DNA of 64,000 nucleotides from Phoronis australis (Eukaryota; Animalia; Phoronida), in contig NMRA01000470.1 of the NCBI GenBank assembly GCA_002633005.1, forward strand, positions 1-64,000. Direction: 5' to 3'. How positions within the stretch are numbered: the stretch's first letter is position 1; every line of letters begins with the position of its first letter. The position numbers and the translations under genes are program-made. The notes under the pieces are model-generated. The model had not been told where the DNA came from. It searched no databases and saw nothing but the letters and a program-made list of their open reading frames with translations. Positions 10,981 through 22,868 of this stretch are shown one piece after another.

Positions 10981-12652
10981 GGCAATTTTGGTAGAGCACA
11001 ATTCCTCATATAAAATGATTCTTTAAACAGATTTTTATCAACCATTTATATCATATCATGGCGGTCATATGAATTCTTAGAAATGGCTGATAAGAATCCG
11101 TATTGACTTTTAATATAATTTTTCATTCAAGGTTTATCGTCAATTGTGACGATTTATGACTTAAGACAGACTGATCCAGCAATGATAAAGAATGAAAAAA
11201 TCTTTTCCAAAAATGATGATCAGACTGATGAACATTTATCATCAAACTGGTGATCATTCATGATAAGACTGACCACTGCTCATCATCAGCCGAAAATGAA
11301 TTCAAATCAAGCACCATGGGAGTGAGTGTGCCTCCTTTTAAACTCTGCAGCTTTAGGACACCATGAGATGCAGGAACTCATTCAAAAAGCGGCTATACAA
11401 CACAGTCACTAATGAATGTATTGTAAATTCAAATGAAAGATTGAGGGTGCATAAAAAGCTTTGAGACATCCAGTTGAGGTAACAAAATACAGAAAAAAAT
11501 AAGTCAAATTCTGGAAATTGTTTACTTGAGTTAGCGACGTTGCGTCCGCCTGTCAGGGGCTTCGTTCAGCTAATTGGCTAGTGTTATCCTTCTGAGGAAC
11601 GGCTTTTTAACCACTAGACAAGGCATCGGGGTAAGGAGACGATACCAAAAGAGCGACTATTGGAACGTTAATCTACACTTGATCTGAAATTTGAACCACA
11701 AAGTCAACACAATCAGTTGCGATCCCTAGGCCATTTGGCTCTGAGGAATCGCACCAAGGAGGCCCTGGGCAAATGCGGTCACCCACGTTGCCGGGTCGTT
11801 CACCAAAGCAGAAAGATAAGGAGAAGGGTAAACCTAAATGTTATTCACATAAAACACTGGGTGACTCAGACGATCAGCACTGTCAGTGAATCCTCCTACA
11901 CTGTACTCGTGAGGTGATAACCTAGGTCCAGGGAGTGTCTGACCAGGCTCCTCAGTCGAGAGGATATTTAAACAGTTTGACATTTCTTCCATCCACAAAT
12001 TCGCTCTGCAGCTAACTGGTTAATGTCAAGGACAATGCTTATAGTAGTTGATGATATTCAATGTAAGGAACAAAATTGCTCACAAAGATGCAGGCCAAAC
12101 GAAACAATCCTTAAAAATCGCATATCTCAACATCGTTGCCCTAGTTATGAAGACACACATGGTTGGATTATTTTTAGCTACTTATGAGCCACAGGACATG
12201 ATTTTAATACTAATGATGTCACTATCCTAGTCTGAAAGAAAGATTGGTTCGGAAGGGGTGTCTGAAGCTCTTCACGAACGCAGGGCCCCTCTCTGAATAA
12301 ACAAGGTGGATTAGATAATGGGTTTGTCTCCTGACCTGGATGCTGCATTGTTTTGTTAAAGCGCCATCTGTAGGCCAGAACGATAATAACACCAGTAGCC
12401 AGGCTGAAGTTAGTCGTGAGAGACAGATGCAACGTGGCTAACTCAAGTAAGCAAATTCCAGTATTTGACTTAAATTTTTCTGTACATTGAGAACATATGT
12501 AACATAAACACGGTTTTGAAATGAATCCAAAATTTTAAACAGCTCATGTGACTGGTTCTAGAGAGTTCAAAACAATGCCCTTTTAATGACTTAACCATGG
12601 TATGTATTAAGTGAACTTACACATTTCCACAGAAGGCAAAATGAGATAGGGC

Positions 12653-12658
12653 TTTATT
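12653..12658 (-). terminator. Candidate polyadenylation signal of CCDC124
   Basis: AATAAA on the minus strand ~390 bp downstream of the stop codon. Confidence 0.4.
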
Positions 12659-13042
12659 TACAAACTTATTTTAGCATACACAGCCTCTAAAGGAGTGGAT
12701 TTAGTGATCCGAAAGAAGTGGCCATTGTCTACCTCCTAAGGTGGATGATGGTAATTACGAAATGGGAAGTTCAAGTAAAATGATAAACATCTGAAGAGAA
12801 TTCTGTATCACAATAAATGAGCAGGTAACTAGTTATGAAATTTAATGCCACAGTCTCTGCATCCAGTATTCTATACCAATGAAAAAACGGATGTTGTCTA
12901 TTTTGCTACTACTTCAAAAACAAACATCCGCATCCTTGGACCTCCCCTGGATCCGTCTATAACTTCAAGAGTCTGTGACCAGCGGGCCTTGTTGATATGG
13001 GATCACGGCTCTACAAGATGGCACCACAAACGCCTCCACAAT

Positions 13043-16000
13043 TCACTTAGCACTATTAACTGCTAACAGCCTCTGATTCAGGGGATTTTCTGGAGACTTC
13101 ATCCATTCCTTTCTCAGCATCTGTTTAATTTGTGACAGTCTTAAGTTCGTGTTTTCTGCCTTTAAACGTGGCAAATTGACCTCTTCGAAAGCGGTATACG
13201 CAGCTTTCATGCGTTTTTCAGGATGTCGGTCAATGTTGCCCTCTGGTGGTTTTGAACTGAAAAAAATCAAGAAACATTGTTACTTAACAAATGACTTGAG
13301 AACGGACCTAGAGAAAAACACATCTGCGAAAGCTCGTTCCCGACTAAGGTACCATCTCTCAACACATACTACACGGTTATTCACTTTCTTCTGTGATGGA
13401 ATTTTTAGACAGTTTGGTCTTTTACGAAAAATTTCCTTAAAAGTAGCAATAGTGAAGCAGATTCATCTAATCTATGCCTAAGATTGGAACCAAGCAAACA
13501 CCCTCTTGAAATATCAAATTCATTAAACTGTAGCCTATCAAGGATGAGTGGAACAGTTCTAAAAATACATCTGATGTCTTTGCAGCATGAAATATTACTG
13601 GAATCATAAGTGACAAACACAAGTTAAATGAATGCCTCAAATAATTGTTGAAAAGTGCTCACTTGTAGCGAAATTGACAGCAAATTACACGCTGATGAAA
13701 TATGCGAATGTGACAATGAGTATACCTGAAGAGATGTCAAATAATGTCTTAAGCGTCTGTGACGTACATACATCTAATGTAGACCAAGGACTAGAATCGA
13801 ATAAAGCTCCACTTGAAACTTAAGATGCATTCACTAGCGAAACTGACAGCAGTATCCAAGATGATAGAACATCATGTGAAACGGTAAATGTTTGTGTACA
13901 TGCAGATGCATCCAATAACATCACAGGCAACTATAACATTGAGCCATGTACCAAACCCTGGAGCCTCTCACTCTCCCTTTGAAGTATTAGATCGAGTTAT
14001 TCCAGTTCAAGGGGGAATCAACAATTGGCCGGACTTCAAAACTACTTGCCCAGATTTCAAAACCAGTCAGCTAGACTGCAAAACCAAATGTCCAATGATA
14101 AAACATGGTGTCTGGACTTCAAAACGCAATGGGCTCACCCAAAAAACTAATTGGCTGGACCTAAAACACATTGATTGGCACTATAACCAGTTGGCCGGTG
14201 ACCAAACACGACAGCCACACTTCGTAAAGGATTTGCTATGAATGTCTCAAAAGATTCAAGTGATATCTAGTGTTTATTTTTCGTACCTATTTGTTTGTTC
14301 TGTTCCAAATTAGTGATTTGTTCAGCCATTGTGCTTGAGCACCGGCCAACTCATTTTAGGTCTAGCCAACCATTTTTTTTGATGCGGCCATCTGGTTTTG
14401 AGATACCGGCCAATCTGTTTTGAGGTCCAACCAAAAAGTTAGAACACCAGCTTTGCAGTACAGCCAGCTGATTTTGAAGTCCGGGCAAGTGGATTGAAGT
14501 CCGACCAATTGTTAATTCTCCCCCTTGCCGTTGGTCCATGTAATTTTTCCAGTACTGAATGATTCAGATTTTGAAAACAGCTGTGTCAGACAGGAGAAAC
14601 ATTTGTGTGTTCCTAAAAACGATGACTGGACAAAAACAAAATTACTGCACCCCCCTAGTGATTTTCCACACTCCTCTATAAAGTAGTTATCGTACTCCTT
14701 AAAAAAACACCGATTCTCTGCTCCGTATCCAATGCCTGGGGAGGAGGTGCACTTTCTCACCTGGCCCCACCTGCAAAGAACTAACCCTTCCCCTCCACTG
14801 CACAAATGGTATTTAGTAAAAACTGTGTGGTCTAGAGTTTTAGTTAGAGAACAAATTCAGCCTCCAAGATAAAATGGTAAAAGTTTTGTGAACAAAAGCA
14901 TAAAAAGCTTTTCTGAATACAAGTAAAAATTAACCAGAATTTTTTTGTTATTTTGTTAAAACCAGAGGTAAAACAGAAGAAACTAGGCATAATGCTAATG
15001 CATAATGCTAATGCATAATGCTAACCTGAGAGCTGATATTGCTTCATCCACAGTACGTGCCTCAACACCATCCACTTGAAGACGATTTAGATTCTCCACT
15101 AGAGGGGGCTCATCATCAACACACTGACCATCTTGCTGTTGAGCAGCTGCAGCTAAGTGATGAAAACACTTTTAATAAGTAAAACATTACCACCGTAACA
15201 ATCCAAGATGTCTGAAGGTCATACATAAGTCATGATTTGGAGCACAACCTTGTTGATGTATAACTTTCAACCTGTCAACAACACGCCATGAAAATGTCAA
15301 GATGCCACCATGAGGATGACTTCCCAACAGTTCTACGAAGTCATAATTCTTAGGAAAATAGGTAGCGTGTGATAAAATTTCTGACTTACTCTGAAGTCAG
15401 TTTTCATAACCCACCTTCAGCGACCCTCTTTTCTCGAGCCAACTCCAGTTCATGTCTCGTCACTTTGGGTGCTGCAGCTGGTTTGCCAGACTTCAGGGAG
15501 GCTAACTCTTCATCATGCATCTTTTGAAGTTCTTTCTTTCTTTCTAGCTGCTCGTTTCGTTTATGCTCCTTGTTTTCCTGAAGAAAGTCACACCACAAGC
15601 ACTTCAGACATTTTATTTAAAGTGGCCATGAACTCGTAGTTCATCACTGCTAGAAAACTGGTCTCAGTATATAGTTTCACCTTTCTGTTAAATTGCCAAG
15701 ATTTTCAATGATATGTCGTAACAAGAATAGATTGTTTGCAATACTGTTAATGGGTGTACAATGTTGGTGTACAGGGTTTTCCGTTATGAAAAATTGGTTG
15801 AGAACACAGCACTTATTATTGTTAACAATCTTTATTCTGTTCCATTTGCATCCTTGGAACAAAGTTCGATACTGAACAGAACATTGGTAAAGCAACTGTC
15901 CTGACCAAGAGTCAAGACTAAAAGACACACTTGTTTCATTCTCAACTGGAAATCAAAGGATGCAGTAATACCACCACACAGCAAAAGCTGGGAACATGCA

Positions 16001-17341
16001 CAGTGGAACACGCTAGGTGTGAAATACTGCAAAGAATGACAAATGGAAGGGGAAACAGGAAAGTCATGCAAACAAGTGTATCGTGCCGTGCGGCCCTGTT
16101 TGCTACTCATTCAAAACAGGCTTCTCGAATGCAATCAAAAAGGACCACGAATACTTTTAATCACAGCACACCATGCTCTCATATCGAATTGACGTGGTTT
16201 CCACAATTTCTTGATGGATGATGTTACGTTCATGACATTGCAGGAAATGTTCTTGGATGGCGTTATTTTGAAGATGCACAGATAACCAATAACTTCATTA
16301 ATAAGGCATACTAACTCGACATAAACAACACTACAATGGGGTGGACTTTCGGTTTAGGAATGTTATTTTTAATGACGAAGTTGAAGGACTTCCTATTCCG
16401 ATAATGAATAATGACTTCAACGTAATCAAAATGGTGCCATCCAAGAACATTTTCTACAATGTCATGAATGTGAAATCACCCGTCAAGAAATTGTGAAAAA
16501 CACGGCAATTCAATAATTATGTAGAGAATAATGTGCTGCGATTGACAGTATTGGAGTCCCTTTTGATTGCATTCGAGAATGCTTTCTTGAATGAGCAGCA
16601 AACAGAGTCGTGCCGCATGCCTATCTTGTTACTCCTCCATTTGCATTCTTTGCAGTATTTCACACCTGCCATGTCCCACTGTGTTTCTAGCTTAAGCTCT
16701 GCGGTGAAATTACTTCGTCATTTTATTTAGACTTGAGAATGAAACAAGTACGTTTCGAAATATCGTGTGTCTTTTGATCATGTCTCTTGGTCAGTTCCTT
16801 TACCAAATTGAATGTTCTGTTGAGAGTTGAACTTTTTTTCCAAAGATATGAATGATATGGAATAAAGATTGTTAACAAAATTTAGGATAACTGTTGTGTA
16901 TTCGACCAATAATGTTACTGAAAATGACTTAGGTTTGGAGTCCATTATTTGTGAAAGTGGCGAAGTTTTTACGTTCAACAACGCAAAGTTAGGCACATTG
17001 TCGAACATTGTTGCACTCTCAGTGTATTTGTGGATGTGCTTGTCTGAAGAAAATTCAAGGAAAAATGCTGCTTGATAAGTCTGAAAAGTACTAAGGTCAC
17101 ACTTGAAGAGTTTGTGAAAGCTTTGTAGAAAGAAGCACTAGCAGGGTAAAAATAAGACTAAAATGTGGCGGAAACTAATGACCTTTCGCAGTTGCTTCTT
17201 TGCAACATGTTTATCATCGTCCTTCCAGTATTCGTCCTCTAGCTGTGCTTGACGACGAGCCTCAGCTTCATTCTTGGCCGCTGACTTACGAGCACGCGCT
17301 TCAGCGGCCTTGGAATTTTCCCCTTTGAACTTCTTCGGCAT
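13043..17341 (-). CDS. CCDC124: Coiled-coil domain-containing protein 124 (Lso2/Oxs1 family ribosome-associated factor), 220 aa
   Basis: Exons 17341-17183, 15577-15415, 15152-15026 and 13256-13043, all GT-AG, 663 nt in frame. MPKKFKGENSKAAEARARK...W.DDDKHV..KQ.RK; EARTVDEAISAL; DRHPEKRMKAAYTAFEEVNLPRLKAENTNLRLSQIKQMLRKEWMKSPENPLNQ. Confidence 0.96.
14008..14527. mobile_element. Foldback/MITE with long TIRs built from ~21-bp subrepeats (CCDC124 intron)
   Basis: CAAGGGGGAATCAACAATTGGCCGGACTTCAA... is inverted relative to ...TTGAAGTCCGACCAATTGTTAATTCTCCCCTTG. Arms contain repeated GG(C/T)(C/T)GGAC(C/T)T(C/A)AAA units. Confidence 0.75.
14987..15024. repeat. Short tandem repeat, ~3 x GCATAATGCTAAT
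   Basis: Directly visible next to the donor site of CCDC124 coding exon 3. Confidence 0.85.
15790..16880. repeat. Inverted pair of family A repeats in CCDC124 intron
   Basis: A minus copy at ~15790-16280 and a plus copy at ~16420-16880 face each other across a ~140-bp spacer. Confidence 0.7.
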
Positions 17342-17905
17342 TGCACTGAAGAATTAAAAAAATGGAAATCTCAACTACTATGAGCATCAGCCAGATTCAT
17401 TTGCAAAAGCACTGAACAAAGAACAAGGGGTGGAAACAATTTCATGTTTGCGACTCTAAAGTCCCATTACAATCCCCAAACTCCAATGTCGAGCAGATAT
17501 CAAACATGCGTTCCAAGTCCTCAGACTAGTCTCAACTAGCTACCCGCACACACCGAAAATGCACCAGATTGCATGACTGCACCTCTAGCCTGCAGCAGGT
17601 AGTCAAAGACTGGACCCAGGGACTAAAATTTATTAATATATGAGGCATTTTCGGTGCAAACATTTACTCGCCAGTTCCGAATAGTTGTATACACACCAAT
17701 ATTATGGACCTAATTTTTTCATGATTTCCACAAACAGTAGATAAGAATAATATTTAGTATATATATTTGACAACTGACAGCTCTGTATATATCTCAGCTT
17801 GGGGTCAAACATGTTGGGCAATCTCACCTTGAACAGGGGATCATAGTTCGTATCCTAACATTGCTTGTAGACTGTTTTGCTGCAGGTTGCTAGATTTATG
17901 GAGAT

Positions 17906-18174
17906 ACAGCACACATCACGAATTTTTGGCCGACCGGTCGGAAATTGGTCGACGGCCGGCCGTCGACCGGTCGGCAAATTTGCCGACCGGTCGGCTAAAA
18001 ATTAGCCGACCGGCAGCCGCCCGTAGTGCCGACTCATAAGGCGACTCCCCAGCCGACCCTTGAGCCGACCCTTCAGCCGACCGGCCATCAGCCGACCGAC
18101 TGGTCGGCTGCTATTTTTAGGCTACAGTAGCAGTTGCGTAATTGGTTGTCAGGCTGATACCACTTTGCGTGTCG
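17906..18174. mobile_element. GC-rich terminus of an inserted element with clustered GCCGACC(GGTCGGC) repeats
   Basis: More than 10 GCCGACC/GGTCGGC units, several forming palindromes. It is absent at the homologous site (20521) of the duplicate block and truncated by the N at 18175. Confidence 0.65.
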
Positions 18175-18175
18175 N

Positions 18176-20521
18176 TCCTTGTTTTCCTGAAGAAAGTCAC
18201 ACCACAAGCACTTCAGACATTTTATTTAAAGTGGCCATGAACTAATATTTCATCACTGCTAGAAAACTGGTCTCAGTATATAGTTTCACCTTTCTGTTAA
18301 ATTGCCAAGATTTTCAATAATATGTTGTAACAAGAACAGATTGTTTGCAATACTGTTAATGGGTGTACACTGTACTTCGGGAGAAGGTTTTCCGTTATGA
18401 AAAATTGGTTGAGAACACAGCACTTATTATTGTTAACAATCTTTATTCCGTTCCATTTGCATCCTTGGAACAAAGTTCGATACTGAACAGAACATTGGTA
18501 AAGCAACTGTCCTGACCAAGAGTCGTGACTAAAAGACATACTTGTTTCATTCTCAACTGGAAATCAAAGGATGCAGTAATACCACCACACAGCAAAAGCT
18601 GGGAACATGCACAGTGGAACACGCTAGGAGTGAAATACTGCAAAGAATGACAAATGGAAGGGGTAACAGGAGAATCGTGTAAACAAGTGTATTGCGGAGT
18701 AGTGCGGCCCTGTTTGCTACTCATTCAAAACAGGCTTCTCGAATGCAATCAAAAGGGACCACGAATACTTTTAATCGCAGCACACCATGCTCTTGTATCG
18801 AATTGATTTGTTTTTGACAATTTCTTGATGGATGATGTTACGTTCATGACATTGCAGGAAATGTCCTTGGATGGCGCTATTTTGAAAATGCACAGATAAC
18901 CACTAAGTTCATTCATAAGGCATACAAACTCATAAACAACACTACAATGGGGTGGTCTTTCGGTTTAGGAATGTTATTTTTCATGACGAAGTTGAAGGAC
19001 TTTCTATTCCGATAATAAATAATGACATCAAGGTATCAAAATGGTGCCGTCCAATAACATTTTCTGAAATGTCATGAATTTGAAATCACCCCTCAAGAAA
19101 TTGTGAAAAACATGGCAATTCAATATGTAGAGCATAATGTGCTGCGATTGACAGTATTGGAGTCCCTTTTGATTGCATTCGAGAAGGCTTTCTTGAATGA
19201 GCAGCAGAGTCGTGCCACATGCCACACTTGTTTGCGCGACTATCTTGTTACTCCTCCATTTGCATTCTTTGCAGTATTTCACACCATGCCGTGTCCCACT
19301 GTGTTTCTAGCTTAAAAGCTCTGCGGGGGAATTACTGTGCCATTTTATTTAGACTTGAGAATGAAACAAGTATGTTTCAAAATACCATGTGTCTTTTGAT
19401 CATGTCTCTTAGTCAGTTCCTTTAATACCAATGTTCTGTTGAGAGTTGAACTTTTTTCTGAGGATATATATGGTATGGAATAAAGATTGGCTGGATAACT
19501 GTCGTGTATTCGACCAATAATGTTACAGAAAATGACTTAGGTTTGGAGTCTGTTATTTGTGAAAGTGGCAAAGTTTTTACGTTCAACAATGCAAAGTTAG
19601 GCACATTGTCGAACATTGTTGCACTCTCAGTGTATTTGTGGATGTGCTTGTCTGAAGAAAATTCAAGGAAAAATACTGCTTGATAAGTCTGAATAGTACT
19701 AAGGTCACACTTGAAGGGTTGGTGAAAGCTTTGTAGAAAGAAGCACTATCAGGGTAAATTTAAAATAAGACTAAAATGTGGCGGAAAGTAATGACCTTTC
19801 GCAGTTGCTTCTTTGCAACATGTTTATCATCGTCCTTCCAGTATTCGTCCTCTAGCTGTGCTTGACGACGAGCCTCAGCTTCATTCTTGGCTGCTGACTT
19901 ACGAGCACGCGCTTCAGCGGCCTTGGAATTTTCCCCTTTGAACTTCTTCGGCATTGCACTGAAGGATTAAAAAAATGGAAATCTCAACTACTATGAGCAT
20001 CAGCCAGAAGCATTTGCAAAAGCACTGCACAAGGAACAAAGGGTGGAAACAATTTCATGTTTGCGACTCTAAAGTCCCATTACAATCCCCAAACTCCAAT
20101 GTTCAGCAGATAAACATGCGTTCCAAGTCCTCAGGCTAGTCTCAACTAGCTACCCGTATACACCGAAAACGCACCAGATTGCATGACTGCACCTCAAGCC
20201 TGCAGCAGGTAGTCAGAGACTGGACCCAGGGACTAAAATTTATTAACATATGAGGCATTTTCGATGCAAACATTTACTCTCCAGTTCCGAATAGTTGTAT
20301 ACACACCAATATTATGGACCTAATTTTTTCATGATTTCCACAAACAGTAGATAAGAATAATATATAGTATATATATTTGACAGCTGACAGCTCTGTATAT
20401 ACATGTATCTCAGCTTGGGGTCAAACATAATGGGCAATCTCACCTAGAAAAGGGGATCATAGTTCGTATCCTAACATTGCTTGTAGACTGGTTTGCTGCA
20501 GGTTGTTAGATTTATGGAGAT
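18176..20521. repeat. Near-identical duplicate of 15567-17905 (probable uncollapsed allelic haplotype)
   Basis: Colinear with scattered SNPs and indels, and starts right after a single N. Confidence 0.85.
19796..19954 (-). CDS. CCDC124: Duplicate copy of CCDC124 first coding exon (allelic/assembly duplicate)
   Basis: Identical peptide MPKKFKGENSKAAEARARKSAAKNEAEARRQAQLEDEYWKDDDKHVAKKQLRK with intact splice sites. Confidence 0.8.
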
Positions 20522-21997
20522 TTAAGTAATGATTTATTTTGGAGAACTACTCTCTGTCATGAAACAAGAAATGGGTCATCACAGTCTAGGTTCAAGCTTT
20601 TGATTCCCATCATTATATTGATGCAAAAACCTTTGAATTACTTGAATAGTAGTTGGCTGTCATCTCGGATTACGACATTGAAAAATTTTTTATCAGTAAA
20701 GTTGGTTTCAGTCACTGGTGACTGAGTTTAAAAAAATCATCTGCTGGAGACTGTGGAAGTGCTTTTGCCTTGGGCGACAGATAATGACATACACTGGCAA
20801 TATCTTGAAAAGGACTTCAATTGGGTGCTCTGAAGTCAACAATTGTAAAAATTCATTGATCATCCAAACTTTCATTGCTCAACAAGCTCATCTCCCGACA
20901 CATTGGTGTGAGACTCATCGATGCCAGCTGCTCTTTTGTCAGTAAAATCAATTAAAAACATTGTCACTATCACTCAAACATTAAGTGATGCCATCACACC
21001 TTGAAATCCTTACTTTCATATTGTCTAACACACATATTTTGCATCACAATTCACCCAAGAAATCAATGGATGCTGTTTTAGATATCATGGTTCCAAACCA
21101 TGCAAATGATTGTTTTGGGGCAAGATATCCTTAGCTTTCACTCAATCTAAAAATAGAGAGGTCAGGTGTGGATCAGGCAGGTTCCACAGTTTAAAGCACA
21201 AGAGCTCAGCAAAATGAATACAAAAATGGCCCTCTCCTATGCTGAACTTGAATTGTTCAGAGCAGAAAAAGCGTCGCAAATTAATGAACATAGAGACCCG
21301 AAGAAACCTCGCATAGATCGGGAGAATGACTCTGAAATAAATAAATGTATTAATATGGCAATTTGAAACTCGGAAGTAGGGACGCAGGTCTGGAGATCTG
21401 TACTACAGTTTAGGAGACTGTTACGGGAATTTAGAGAATGTGATCACAGACTCGGAATTGTTGCCACTTCTTGATAAAACGTTTACACACATTTAAGTTT
21501 GCAAAAACACACAGTTGGAAGTGAGAGTTTCAAAATTTGGCCCCTATGTGCCCAGTGGTAGTCCTGCTGCTTAATTAGTTGATAACATTTGCATAGTGTT
21601 TGCTCTTGATAGCCATTTTTAGTGTGTTCTGTCTATAATGAACTATTTAACAGAGCACTTGTGGTGATTTCAGACATTTTTACATTGCTTATACAATGAA
21701 TTCAAATTACGTTAGGTGAAGGCAGCCCAAGATGATCTGATGTCTTATTGAACAAAATAATAATAATAATAATAAACTTCTTCCTGTCATTTTAAGTACA
21801 TATAGTTTGATGGTGAACTTTTGCACACACCAGCTGTTTTTACAAGAGAGAAATACTTTTAATATGAAAAAAAATGAAAAAAGAAGTTCATTGAGATGCT
21901 TTCATTGTGGAGAAAGATTTGAATTTCAACTTTTAAAAACGTTTTATTTGACCACCCATTTTGGACTGACTTGCGGGTCTAAACTGCACATTCTCTC

Positions 21998-22094
21998 CAC
22001 AGGCGTCCTCAGCTTCTGATCGTCCCCAATACACTACATATAGTAGTATTATATGTAGTGTATTGGGGACGATCAGAAGCTGAGGACGCCTGTG
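21998..22094. mobile_element. 97-bp hairpin mini-MITE with 8-bp TSD (hAT-like), polymorphic
   Basis: 45-bp perfect inverted arms CACAGGCGTCCTCAGCTTCTGATCGTCCCCAATACACTACATATA around a 7-nt loop. TSD ATTCTCTC at 21990-21997 and 22095-22102. An empty site with a single ATTCTCTC lies at ~23834-23841. Confidence 0.92.
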
Positions 22095-22868
22095 ATTCTC
22101 TCGGTGAAATCAAAACGAGGCAATGATATAAAATTATAAAAACGTGACGGTGCCAGACATTTAATGCATTACAACAGAACGAAATTTGATGTCATTTATT
22201 ACTCTGATTTTACTTCAGGTAATTTTGACTAAACGTCCGAAATTTAGGTCCGTTCGATGTTTAGCCTTTAGGTACACTATGTTTGCTGATTTGGCACAGT
22301 GACAAAGTTACAGTCTGGCACAGGCGAATGCCCATCGCCTACCATCATTAACCAAAGGTTTCAGTCCAAGATAGCTAAACTTTACCAGTAACCCGTTCAG
22401 TTCGTAAATGGTAAGTGCAGCCGAATCAAAACTTGCAAACAACCGACAGACGGAGAGACACAAAGAATAACATGAAGCAAACTTTCAACTTCGAGTTCAA
22501 CTTCTCAGATTCCGGAAGCTGACACCGCCATTACTGTTTCGCAGCGACACGCGCGACACCTGCCGCGATCGTGCCGAATCAGGCGACAGAAACAAAAACT
22601 AATAGTATGGAATCCCGCAGATAGGCCTAATAAACCGGCCGTGACAAGCAAACTTCAAGAGGCAGCTGCAGGAAGCAATAAAAAGTCATCAATTCTTCTC
22701 AAGGCTGAAAATTGGGTCTAGTAAAAGAGCCCACAAGCGTAGAATTCCGTTGGTCTACGCTACTAAAACTCTGACTACCTTCGTTTTTGGTCTGTGTACT
22801 GTGCCTAGATGGCATCATAGAAATAGATTCTATAGGCAACAGATTCCCAACGTACTTTGACATTTTCN

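Noticed and set aside
11210-11290. C/D-box-like ATGATGA...CTGA
   Set aside because: Lies in GAT/CAT-rich low-complexity sequence with no terminal stem or recognisable guide.
12048-12330. LKIAYLNI... resembling the start of a LINE apurinic endonuclease
   Set aside because: Too short and degenerate to support without a search; downstream motifs are not recognisable.
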